Positions 1 to 6,863 of a stretch of 42,797 bases of DNA are shown piece by piece. The position numbers and the translations under genes were made by a program. The stretch is taken from positions 1 through 42,797 of IMG/VR virus record IMGVR_UViG_3300045988_033265. One strand, 5' to 3'. The notes beneath the pieces were generated by a model, which was given only the letters and a program-made list of their open reading frames with translations, did no database searches and was not told where the DNA came from. The DNA comes from a virus. How positions within the stretch are numbered: position 1 is the stretch's first letter; every line of letters starts with the position of its first letter.

Positions 1-39
1 ACCAGCAGGCGCAGCTTGTCAACGGCACCAACATGGCGA
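1..39 (+). repeat. Terminal overlap copy 1 (circular-assembly signature)
   Basis: accagcaggcgcagcttgtcaacggcaccaacatggcga is identical to 42759-42797. Confidence 0.95.
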
Positions 40-464
40 TGGCAAACGGCTTTGCACAGGCCGAGCTTTCCCGCAGCAACCAGCAGGCGGCGCTGATGCA
101 GCAGCTCAACGCCATGCAGATGCAGGCCGCAAATTGCTGCTGCGAGAATCGCGCGGCTATCGCGCAGGTGAGCTATGACATGGCGGCGCAGGCGTGTGAC
201 ACGCGCAACACCGTGCAGAACGCCACGCGCGACATCATTGACGCGAACAACCAGAACAGCCGCGCCATCCTCGACTTCCTGACGCAGAGCAAGCTGTCCG
301 ACCTTCAGACCGAGAATCAGAATCTGAAACTGGCGGCATCTCAGGCCGCGCAGAACAACTATCTGATCTCTCAGCTGCGTCCGTGTCCTGCCCCCGCCTA
401 CATTACCTGTAACCCGTGGGCGGGTAGCGGCTATGGTGGCTGCGGTTCCGGCTGCAACTGCTGA
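1..464 (+). CDS. C-terminal part of a Gly/Gln/Asn/Cys-rich membrane protein (N-terminal part at 42494-42797; split by contig linearisation)
   Basis: The frame of ORF 33..464 is open back to nt 3 and stays in frame with ATG 42494 through the 39-nt overlap. Contains a CCCE motif and a Cys-rich tail, RPCPAPAYITCNPWAGSGYGGCGSGCNC. Confidence 0.75.
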   Translation, partial: QQAQLVNGTNMAMANGFAQAELSRSNQQAALMQQLNAMQMQAANCCCENRAAIAQVSYDMAAQACDTRNTVQNATRDIIDANNQNSRAILDFLTQSKLSDLQTENQNLKLAASQAAQNNYLISQLRPCPAPAYITCNPWAGSGYGGCGSGCNC

Positions 465-494
465 CAACTGCATAGCATAGCTTTTTGTTGGCGA

Positions 495-514
495 TTTTGT
501 TGACGTCAACAAAA
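495..514. promoter_or_regulatory. Perfect 20-bp palindrome TTTTGTTGACGTCAACAAAA
   Basis: Read directly. Lies in the intergenic space between the split gene and the next CDS. Confidence 0.5.
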
Positions 515-545
515 TGGTCGGCCCCGTGCCGATACTTACAACAAC

Positions 546-576
546 GCGGCGGGGCAATAGCCCTGCCGCTTATTTT
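546..576 (+). terminator. Rho-independent terminator candidate
   Basis: GCGGCGGGG (546-554) pairs with CCCTGCCGC (561-569), including one G-U pair. Followed by TTATTTT. Confidence 0.6.
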
Positions 577-598
577 AACTGAGAAAGGAATGATTTTA

Positions 599-1021
599 AT
601 GGCAGAATTTACTTCTGCGGCAATTCAGACCGTTGCTGCTGGCCAGAACGTTCCCCTGACCGAAACGGCGGTCAATAGCAAACCCTGTATCGTGCATCGC
701 CAGGGCGCGGGCATTGTCACGCTGCGCGGCCTCACCAATCAAAACCGCGCCCTGTTTAGGGTCTCCTTTGGCGGCAACATCGCTATTCCCACCGGAGGCA
801 CGGTTGAGGCTATCACGGCGGCGCTTGCCATCAACGGAGAGCCGCTGACCAGTGCAACGGCGACCGTCACGCCCGCGGCGGTAGGAAACTACTTTAACAT
901 TTATGTTTCCGCACAGGTCTGCGTTCCGAAAGGCTGCTGCCTGACGGTCGCAATGGAAAATACCAGCACTCAGGCCGTCAACTTCGCTAACTCGAATCTG
1001 ACGGTTGAGAGAATCGCGTGA
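599..1021 (+). CDS. BclA C-terminal-domain-like (C1q/TNF-like jelly-roll) protein, stand-alone
   Basis: SD GAGAAAGGA lies 9 nt before ATG 599. Beta-rich pattern, with C-terminus NLTVERIA resembling BclA ...IIIEKVA (from memory). Strong coding frame. Confidence 0.55.
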   Translation: MAEFTSAAIQTVAAGQNVPLTETAVNSKPCIVHRQGAGIVTLRGLTNQNRALFRVSFGGNIAIPTGGTVEAITAALAINGEPLTSATATVTPAAVGNYFNIYVSAQVCVPKGCCLTVAMENTSTQAVNFANSNLTVERIA

Positions 1022-1034
1022 AAGGAGAATGGAC

Positions 1035-1388
1035 ATGAGCAAGAAAGCAATGTATGATCTGCGTAATATGCTGTGCGACGAACTCGACGAGCTGGCACGT
1101 AAGGGCGAGCTTGGCGCGGGCGACCTCGAAATTGCGCACAAGCTGACGGACACCATCAAGAACATCGACAAAATCGAAGCAATGGAAGATGACGGCTATT
1201 CCAGCCGCCGCGATGAGTACGATATGCGCGGCAGAGGCAGACGCGGCACGCACTATGTGCGTGGCCACTATTCCCGTGACGGCGGCATCGACAACATGAA
1301 ACGCCAGTTGCAGGAAATGCTGGACAACGCCGACGATGACAGCATCCGCAGAGCTATCCAGCGCTGCATGGACACGATCGAGGGCTAA
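1035..1388 (+). CDS. Hypothetical charged protein (Arg/Tyr/Ser-rich centre)
   Basis: SD AAGGAG lies 7-8 nt before ATG 1035. ORF-track frame 1005..1388. Confidence 0.65.
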   Translation: MSKKAMYDLRNMLCDELDELARKGELGAGDLEIAHKLTDTIKNIDKIEAMEDDGYSSRRDEYDMRGRGRRGTHYVRGHYSRDGGIDNMKRQLQEMLDNADDDSIRRAIQRCMDTIEG

Positions 1389-1403
1389 AGGGGGTGCACC
1401 CCT

Positions 1404-1724
1404 ATGGTCGACGAGAACGAGGTCAATCGCTGGATAGCTCGCCTCGAGACGGAAGAATCAAGCTGGACAAACTATGAGCGCCTTGCCGTGCTGTATGCCA
1501 TCCGTGACCAGCAAAGCGGTAGCAGAGAGAGGGGTTGGCCAATGGCATACTCCGCAGCGCCCGCGCCAGCCAACATCGAAACATACGGCGACAGCGATTT
1601 TCTGCGCGCAGTGGCAGATGTTCCGCCGGACAAGGCATGGGAGATCATGGATGAGCTGATGGACAGCTTGAAAATTGTAAACGAGCGCGTCTATAATAGC
1701 GTCATGCGGAAACTGGAAAAGTAA
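1404..1724 (+). CDS. Hypothetical protein
   Basis: ATG 1404 preceded by AAGGGGG. 106 aa. Last gene before attP. Confidence 0.65.
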   Translation: MVDENEVNRWIARLETEESSWTNYERLAVLYAIRDQQSGSRERGWPMAYSAAPAPANIETYGDSDFLRAVADVPPDKAWEIMDELMDSLKIVNERVYNSVMRKLEK

Positions 1725-1748
1725 ATTGCAGATGGAATTGCAGATGAG
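1725..1748 (+). repeat. Two tandem 12-mers ATTGCAGATGGA / ATTGCAGATGAG (candidate arm-type integrase sites, left arm)
   Basis: Read directly. Related copies at 1942-1976. Confidence 0.6.
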
Positions 1749-1774
1749 TTACAAAAACCCTTGTAATATCAATG

Positions 1775-1819
1775 CTTTTGCGGATTTGGTTGCGGGTTCG
1801 ACTCCCGCCGCCTCCACCA
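1775..1819 (+). other. attP core: 3' portion of a tRNA gene (T-arm, acceptor 3' strand, discriminator A, CCA)
   Basis: GCGGG-TTCGACT-CCCGC (1792-1808), then CGCCTCC, A, CCA (1809-1819). No matching 5' acceptor strand upstream, so it is a fragment and not a gene. Confidence 0.7.
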
Positions 1820-1828
1820 ATGAAAAAA

Positions 1829-1858
1829 CCTCGCAGTTTCAACGGCTGCGGGGTTTTT
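1829..1858 (+). terminator. Terminator following the tRNA fragment
   Basis: CCTCGCAG (1829-1836) pairs with CTGCGGGG (1846-1853), followed by TTTTT. Confidence 0.6.
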
Positions 1859-1941
1859 CTTGTATTTGCAAGGGTTTTCGGGCTTATCTATTTGCGCATA
1901 ACTTGCGATATTCGCAAGTTATTTTTCGCCAAAACGCGTAT

Positions 1942-1976
1942 TTTGCAGATGAATTGCAGATGGAATTACAGATGAA
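1942..1976 (+). repeat. Three tandem copies of the ATTGCAGATGRA-type motif (right arm of attP)
   Basis: TTTGCAGATGA, ATTGCAGATGGA, ATTACAGATGAA. Overlaps the integrase 3' end. Confidence 0.6.
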
Positions 1977-2979
1977 ATTCGGATTCAAAAAAGCCGTCAA
2001 CGGCGTCTGCCACTGCTACGGCTTTATCATCCATGGTGTGCTGATATACGTTTTTTAGCATGTTGTTTGTAGAGTGCCCCATGCGTTCCATTGCGTATTT
2101 ATCGGGGACATTGAGCCTGAGCATGACCGATGCATTTACATGGCGGAGGTCGTGGAAGCGGAACGGCTGAACTCCGCAGCGGTCGCACGCACGTTGCAGA
2201 TGCTTATACAGAACGTTTCTGGTCGCGTGCACAATGTAGTCATCTGTGCGCGGCGTTGCTTCGATCAGCCCCATAATATACGGCGGGACTTTTAGTTTCC
2301 GGTTGCCGCTGTAGGTCTTAGGTTGCTTGAGCTGCGGGCCGTCCTCACCGTCTACCATCGCTTGCTTAATCGTAAGAATATCGCCGTCAATGCAATCCCA
2401 TGTCAGACCTCTGATCTCTGATGTGCGAAGACCGAGCCAAACGGCCAGCAGAAACGGCAATTCAAAATCCGTGCCTTTGCAATCCTCATGCAGGATTCTA
2501 ATTTCTTCCATGGTAGGGATTTTAATTTTAGGCGCTTCCTTCTGCGGCAAAGATACGCGGAACATTTTATCGGGGCACTCCTCCGACATTGCCGCCGTAA
2601 ACAGGCCGTAAGCGTTGCGGACGTACTTCGGGGACTTTTCCCGGGACATCTTATTCACGGCACGCTGCACGCGATCTTGCGTCAACGCAGCGCATTTAAC
2701 GCTCATCAGCTCCGGGAAAACCACTTTGCGGAGTTTTCTGTACCCGTTAACGGTGGAGGGAGATAGTATCGCGTCCTTGCTGTCGATATATCGGTCGATA
2801 GCATCACCAACCGTGCGCTCAGACGCACGAGCAGCAGACTTCGCGCCGGACTTCAATGCGGCGGCTTCATTCTCCGCCTGCCGCTTAGTAAGCGCTGTGA
2901 CGGACACGCGTTTTCCGTCTACCATGACGCTGACATTCCAGTTGCCGGACGGTAGTAGTTTTGCTTTCGGTATCTTCAT
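1966..2979 (-). CDS. int: Tyrosine recombinase / phage integrase
   Basis: Catalytic pattern LRTSEIRGL ... HDLRH ... MGHSTNNMLKNVYQH (R, HxxR, H, Y). SD GGAGGGGG lies before ATG at 2979 (MKIPKAK). Confidence 0.9.
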   Translation of the reverse strand: MKIPKAKLLPSGNWNVSVMVDGKRVSVTALTKRQAENEAAALKSGAKSAARASERTVGDAIDRYIDSKDAILSPSTVNGYRKLRKVVFPELMSVKCAALTQDRVQRAVNKMSREKSPKYVRNAYGLFTAAMSEECPDKMFRVSLPQKEAPKIKIPTMEEIRILHEDCKGTDFELPFLLAVWLGLRTSEIRGLTWDCIDGDILTIKQAMVDGEDGPQLKQPKTYSGNRKLKVPPYIMGLIEATPRTDDYIVHATRNVLYKHLQRACDRCGVQPFRFHDLRHVNASVMLRLNVPDKYAMERMGHSTNNMLKNVYQHTMDDKAVAVADAVDGFFESEFHL

Positions 2980-3395
2980 CAAATCCCCCTCCAAAACCCG
3001 TAATCTATGCAGTGAAAATCAATGTACACGCACCACACAGCAAGCATAGCAATGATGACAAACATTATAGCAATCACAACGTTGCGGATACGCACTCCAC
3101 GCCGCATGATCTCGATGGTGTCAGTCTTTGCGTCAACGTGTCGTTCCAGCTCGTCGTTACGCGCTTGCAAAGTTTCCTCGGTTGGCGTCAAGTGTTCGGA
3201 AATTCCGAACGATTCATCAAGGGATATGCCAAGCACTTTGCAAATCGCAGCGACCGTATAAACTGATGGGGACTTAGATGCGCGGGAGAAAAAATTTTTT
3301 ACTGTTTGCAACGGTAAGCCCGCTTTGTCGGCAATATCTTGATGCGTTAGTCTTAACAAGTCTTTTTGCTCCTGACATCGTTTCTGAATGTTCAC
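2979..3395 (-). CDS. XRE-family HTH protein with a coiled-coil and a C-terminal transmembrane anchor
   Basis: HTH LTHQDIADKAGLPLQTVKNFFS. C-terminal hydrophobic segment VVIAIMFVIIAMLAVWCVYI. Its stop overlaps the int start (TGATG). Confidence 0.75.
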   Translation of the reverse strand: MNIQKRCQEQKDLLRLTHQDIADKAGLPLQTVKNFFSRASKSPSVYTVAAICKVLGISLDESFGISEHLTPTEETLQARNDELERHVDAKTDTIEIMRRGVRIRNVVIAIMFVIIAMLAVWCVYIDFHCIDYGFWRGI

Positions 3396-3551
3396 TTAAC
3401 ATCATATCCTTTCAGTGCAAATGTTGCACTTTTTTGTAGCAATGAAATATGTCGGACGCTGTCGAAGTGTCGAATCCAAGTCTTGAAAGTGCAGTGCTGG
3501 GTGCTGTACGGTAAAGGCAAGCAGCGGCGACCGCTCCCCGCTGACTGCAAA

Positions 3552-3589
3552 AAGGCACTGCCGTTTGTTGCAGAGGGCGGCAGTGCCTT
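3552..3589. terminator. 12-bp perfect hairpin, possibly a bidirectional terminator
   Basis: AAGGCACTGCCG (3552-3563) pairs with CGGCAGTGCCTT (3578-3589). A-run upstream, TTT downstream. Confidence 0.45.
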
Positions 3590-3673
3590 TAGTTGGAGAT
3601 ATTGATGCTTACACCGTCTTGTGCAATAATCGACATATAGCCCCGTTACTATAATTATTTGGAGGGACACAAA

Positions 3674-3862
3674 ATGTTGTGTAATGGCGTAAAAAATGGT
3701 ACAATAAACGAAATGGATATTGAAATAATGCGAGAGAAAGTGCTTTATTCCGCGCTATCGCTTGCACCAGAAGAAAAAAACCATCTTCTAAGATTTATTG
3801 AAGGAGGCTTATGCCATGAAAGAGCTAACGAAAGCATGGTACATAGACGCGAAAATGGTTGA
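3674..3862 (+). CDS. Hypothetical small protein
   Basis: SD GGAGGG lies 7 nt before ATG 3674. AT-rich island. Overlaps the next ORF by 47 nt. Confidence 0.4.
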   Translation: MLCNGVKNGTINEMDIEIMREKVLYSALSLAPEEKNHLLRFIEGGLCHERANESMVHRRENG

Positions 3863-4070
3863 CGCAGTAAACCGGTGCATGGACGCAATCCGCGCATCTG
3901 GGCTTTCTGCCGACAGCGCGGAATATCTTCCGGCCTGTTTAGATCAGGCAATCAAAGCAAGTAATCAGGTCGCCGCACAGAGCACTCCATTTCGAGAAAC
4001 TCATGTGCAGGTAGAAGAAACAAACGGCGGGTATGATGTCACGCCTTGCGAGCTATTATTTGTTCAATAG
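3816..4070 (+). CDS. Hypothetical small protein
   Basis: SD GAAGGAGG lies 8 nt before ATG 3816. Confidence 0.5.
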   Translation: MKELTKAWYIDAKMVDAVNRCMDAIRASGLSADSAEYLPACLDQAIKASNQVAAQSTPFRETHVQVEETNGGYDVTPCELLFVQ

Positions 4071-4482
4071 CTGCCGATGCAATACCCTTCGATATTGTTT
4101 CAATCACCGCCAAAGAAACCGACCCAAATGACCGCAGTATTTTTGACGTCTTTTCCCATTGCGCTTTTTCGGAAATTGTCGCTATAAACTCATGCCCCTT
4201 TGGGGTGACATAGTAGATAGCCGGCAGTTCGTTATGACGGAAATTCTCAACGGGGTCAAAGCGAAAATCTGTTGCCAGATATCCGCTTTCGGAAAGCTGG
4301 ATAATATGATAAATCAGCGAACCCACGTCGTACTTATTCAATGGAGGGGTAAGCCGCATTGAATCTACATAAAGCACATGATATCTTGCTGCGGTATATC
4401 TTCCAATTTCTTCCGTCTTGATGTAGGTATGTTCCTCGCAGAATAGCATCAAATCGCGGACGCAATCAGGGTCAAGTTTCAT
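4039..4482 (-). CDS. DUF2513-like winged-helix protein
   Basis: N-terminus MKLDPDCVRDLMLFCEE resembles the DUF2513 N-terminus (from memory). ATGA overlap with the upstream gene. Confidence 0.55.
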   Translation of the reverse strand: MKLDPDCVRDLMLFCEEHTYIKTEEIGRYTAARYHVLYVDSMRLTPPLNKYDVGSLIYHIIQLSESGYLATDFRFDPVENFRHNELPAIYYVTPKGHEFIATISEKAQWEKTSKILRSFGSVSLAVIETISKGIASAAIEQIIARKA

Positions 4483-4880
4483 TTCTTCCCCCTCTTGCTT
4501 TTCAAAAAATCAATATAGCGGTAAATCTCATCCAATTCCTCCGCAGATGCAGAGCGAATGAACTGAGCAATTTTACCATCTACGCCCTCGCCCTCTGTGG
4601 CGCGGGCTTCTTTTATGCCCGGGTCGTTATCGAGCAGCCCCTTCACCAGATCAATATCGTCCTGCTCCGTCAGGATTTCTTCCGGCGTGGTTTGCAGCAG
4701 GACGCACATACGAGCGGCTTCTTCTGGGGAAGGGAAGTTTTTACCCCGCTTCCATTCAGATACCCACCCACGCTGTTTTTTCATAATAACTTCGGCAAAA
4801 TACGAGTTGCGCCACCCGTTTGCTTTTATGATAATTTCAATTCGTTCAATATCTACTTTTACGGTAGTCCTTTTAGACAC
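4479..4880 (-). CDS. HTH (XRE-like) protein, candidate lysogeny repressor
   Basis: Region WVSEWKRGKNFPSPEEAARMCVLLQTTPEEIL. Belongs to the operon divergent from the Cro-like gene. Confidence 0.6.
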   Translation of the reverse strand: MSKRTTVKVDIERIEIIIKANGWRNSYFAEVIMKKQRGWVSEWKRGKNFPSPEEAARMCVLLQTTPEEILTEQDDIDLVKGLLDNDPGIKEARATEGEGVDGKIAQFIRSASAEELDEIYRYIDFLKSKRGKK

Positions 4881-4887
4881 AGCAAGT

Positions 4888-5487
4888 TTACCCCTTATAT
4901 TCTATTAAATACGTTTTCCCCTGTTTTGTGCGTTTGATACGTCCATCTTTTGCCATAAAATACAAAATTGAAGAAATATCATTTTGAATAATGGGGTCAA
5001 AAAACTTATATAGTTCGGTTTGCAAGATGGGGCTATTTTCCATAAGAGATTCTTTAATTCTATCTTCTAAATTTTCCGTTTCTGAAATATGCAAGGCTTC
5101 TTTTGCGCACAACTCAATCTTGTTCTCTAAAAGGTATTTAAGCTCTTTTTCGTATTTTTCAATATAACAAAAATCGTCACAATGAGAATTATGCAAATGC
5201 TCCCACATATTAGAAAAATAATCTTGGTATTCAGGGCCAAGAGAAATGCACTTAGATTTCAAATCATAAAATGCCGGGATAATTGCTTTTAATATTTCGA
5301 TTTGATCTTCAACGGAATGCGGCTCTTTTAATGCGACGGCAAATCCAATTACAATTTCTTCAAGGGGCTTAATTTCTTTTGAAATAGTTTGGAAATACTC
5401 AACACCATGCAACGGCTCCGGTCTTCCTTCGAAAGAGCCTTTCTTCTTCGCAGGAACCAATTTCAAAACACTTTTTAGACTTTTCAT
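4888..5487 (-). CDS. Hypothetical protein (AT-rich, no recognisable family; possible C-terminal winged helix)
   Basis: Long ORF in a very AT-rich stretch. I prefer ATG at 5487 (MKSLKS); the track ORF extends to 5616 through promoter-like sequence. Confidence 0.55.
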   Translation of the reverse strand: MKSLKSVLKLVPAKKKGSFEGRPEPLHGVEYFQTISKEIKPLEEIVIGFAVALKEPHSVEDQIEILKAIIPAFYDLKSKCISLGPEYQDYFSNMWEHLHNSHCDDFCYIEKYEKELKYLLENKIELCAKEALHISETENLEDRIKESLMENSPILQTELYKFFDPIIQNDISSILYFMAKDGRIKRTKQGKTYLIEYKG

Positions 5488-5701
5488 ACAATGTAACAAA
5501 AAAACTAAATACAATTCGTACAATCCGACGTTGTAAATAAGGTTGACATACAACAACGGATTGTATATAATAGCCTTACAGAACTTAATTAAGGCAACAA
5601 AAAACCAAGCCCCCAACGGATTTTCCGTTTTGCGGACTTATAACCGATATTTTGTTGGCTGACACTTACATAATAGCGGTGTTGGTTGCGTTTGTCAATA
5701 T

Positions 5702-5716
5702 AAAGTTCTGAACTTT
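5702..5716. promoter_or_regulatory. Palindrome AAAGTT-CTG-AACTTT, candidate operator just upstream of the Cro-like gene
   Basis: Read directly. Lies in the 5488-5734 divergent intergenic region. Confidence 0.4.
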
Positions 5717-5734
5717 ATAAGGAGGGGAGAACGC

Positions 5735-5959
5735 TTGGAATTAAAGGCAATCCGAGAGAATGCCGGTTTGCGTCAGGAAGACGTAGCGAAGAAACTCCGC
5801 GTAAGAGTTTCTGCGGTGTCTAACTGGGAACGCGGTGTGAATGGTATCGCAAGCAAGTACATTAAGCCGCTGACCCGCTTATACGGCGTGACCGAAGCGG
5901 AAATTAGAGAAGCATCGAAATCCGCGCAGACCGCAAGGACGGGAAAGGAGGGCACATGA
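5735..5959 (+). CDS. Cro-like XRE-family HTH regulator
   Basis: TTG start with SD AAGGAGGGGA. HTH LRQEDVAKKLRVRVSAVSNWERG. Confidence 0.8.
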   Translation: MELKAIRENAGLRQEDVAKKLRVRVSAVSNWERGVNGIASKYIKPLTRLYGVTEAEIREASKSAQTARTGKEGT

Positions 5960-6159
5960 AGCGAAAACGTCAAGTTGAAATTGTTTTGGATGCGCTTTCT
6001 GCATGCGGGGTTGATATGACCGATGATATCAAGAATGCAGTCTGTAAAGCCTTAAAACAAATTCGGGCTGAGAAATTTGCCGAAAATCAGCAAAGCAAAT
6101 GGCCGGTAATGAGAAAGCGTGCCGACGAGATCAGAGAGGGCAATAAGGTGGGCACATGA
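5956..6159 (+). CDS. Hypothetical protein
   Basis: ATGA overlap with the previous gene. SD AAGGAGG. Confidence 0.6.
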   Translation: MKRKRQVEIVLDALSACGVDMTDDIKNAVCKALKQIRAEKFAENQQSKWPVMRKRADEIREGNKVGT

Positions 6160-6350
6160 AACGATTTATTAAATTGTTTTTGCTTCTCTGTTCATGGGCT
6201 CTGGTCGCTATTGTATCCGCCACTATCTTAATGCTTGTTTCAGCGTGGATTGCAGGATCAACGGAAAGCGTTTTGTTTAACGCTGTTTTTTTGGTCTTGG
6301 CCATTTTGGTTTGCGCTGCGATTTTGGCGATAAGTGGGGCGGACATATGA
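6156..6350 (+). CDS. Small membrane protein (2 predicted TM segments)
   Basis: ATGA overlap with the previous gene. Hydrophobic throughout. Confidence 0.55.
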   Translation: MKRFIKLFLLLCSWALVAIVSATILMLVSAWIAGSTESVLFNAVFLVLAILVCAAILAISGADI

Positions 6351-6465
6351 AGGCAAAAAAATGCCCCGCCCAATGTTGCAGCATCGAGCGGGGCGGGTGG
6401 GACAAATCTCACCACAAGATATTGTGTCCGTGCTTATTGTAGCACGGAAGAAAGGAAAAGGCAAG

Positions 6466-6711
6466 ATGCTAAAGCCACAACAGTTAACGCGACGGCGAAA
6501 TGACCTTGAGCGAGCCGTGCGCGGCGCGATGGGACGGGCGTTAATTCGCACCGGCAAGGAGCTGGGCGAGGAAATCGGCCTATCGGAAACGCAAATCTGT
6601 AACAGAATGGCGGGGCGTTCCCGCTGGACGTTAGATGAAATTTGGGAGCTTGACCGAGTTTTGCAATTCACGGACGCGGAAAAGCTCATGCTGATCGGAG
6701 GCACGAAATGA
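6466..6711 (+). CDS. Small HTH-like regulatory protein
   Basis: SD GAAAGGAAAAGG before ATG 6466. Segment LSETQICNRMAGRSRWTLDEIWEL. Confidence 0.55.
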   Translation: MLKPQQLTRRRNDLERAVRGAMGRALIRTGKELGEEIGLSETQICNRMAGRSRWTLDEIWELDRVLQFTDAEKLMLIGGTK

Positions 6712-6863
6712 TTGACACGCTGTTTTTCGGCGGCATCGCCGCTACGGTGATCGCGCTCAACGGCTGCGATCTCACGACGGGGCTCGCCGTCATCGGCGCG
6801 TGCGCGGTCGGCAAGTGGCTGTATGAGCTGCTGCCCTACATCGATAGGGGGTGCAGGGGGTGA
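6708..6863 (+). CDS. 51-aa hydrophobic protein (below the ORF-track cutoff)
   Basis: ATGA overlap at 6708-6711 and GTGA overlap with the next gene. Translation starts MIDTLFFGGIAATVIALNGCDL... Confidence 0.45.
   Translation: MIDTLFFGGIAATVIALNGCDLTTGLAVIGACAVGKWLYELLPYIDRGCRG

Noticed and set aside
4888-5616. Full-length 242-aa version of the AT-rich island ORF
   Set aside because: The first 43 codons run through the AT-rich divergent promoter region and encode an implausible hydrophobic/aromatic stretch. I prefer the internal ATG at 5487, though its SD is weak.
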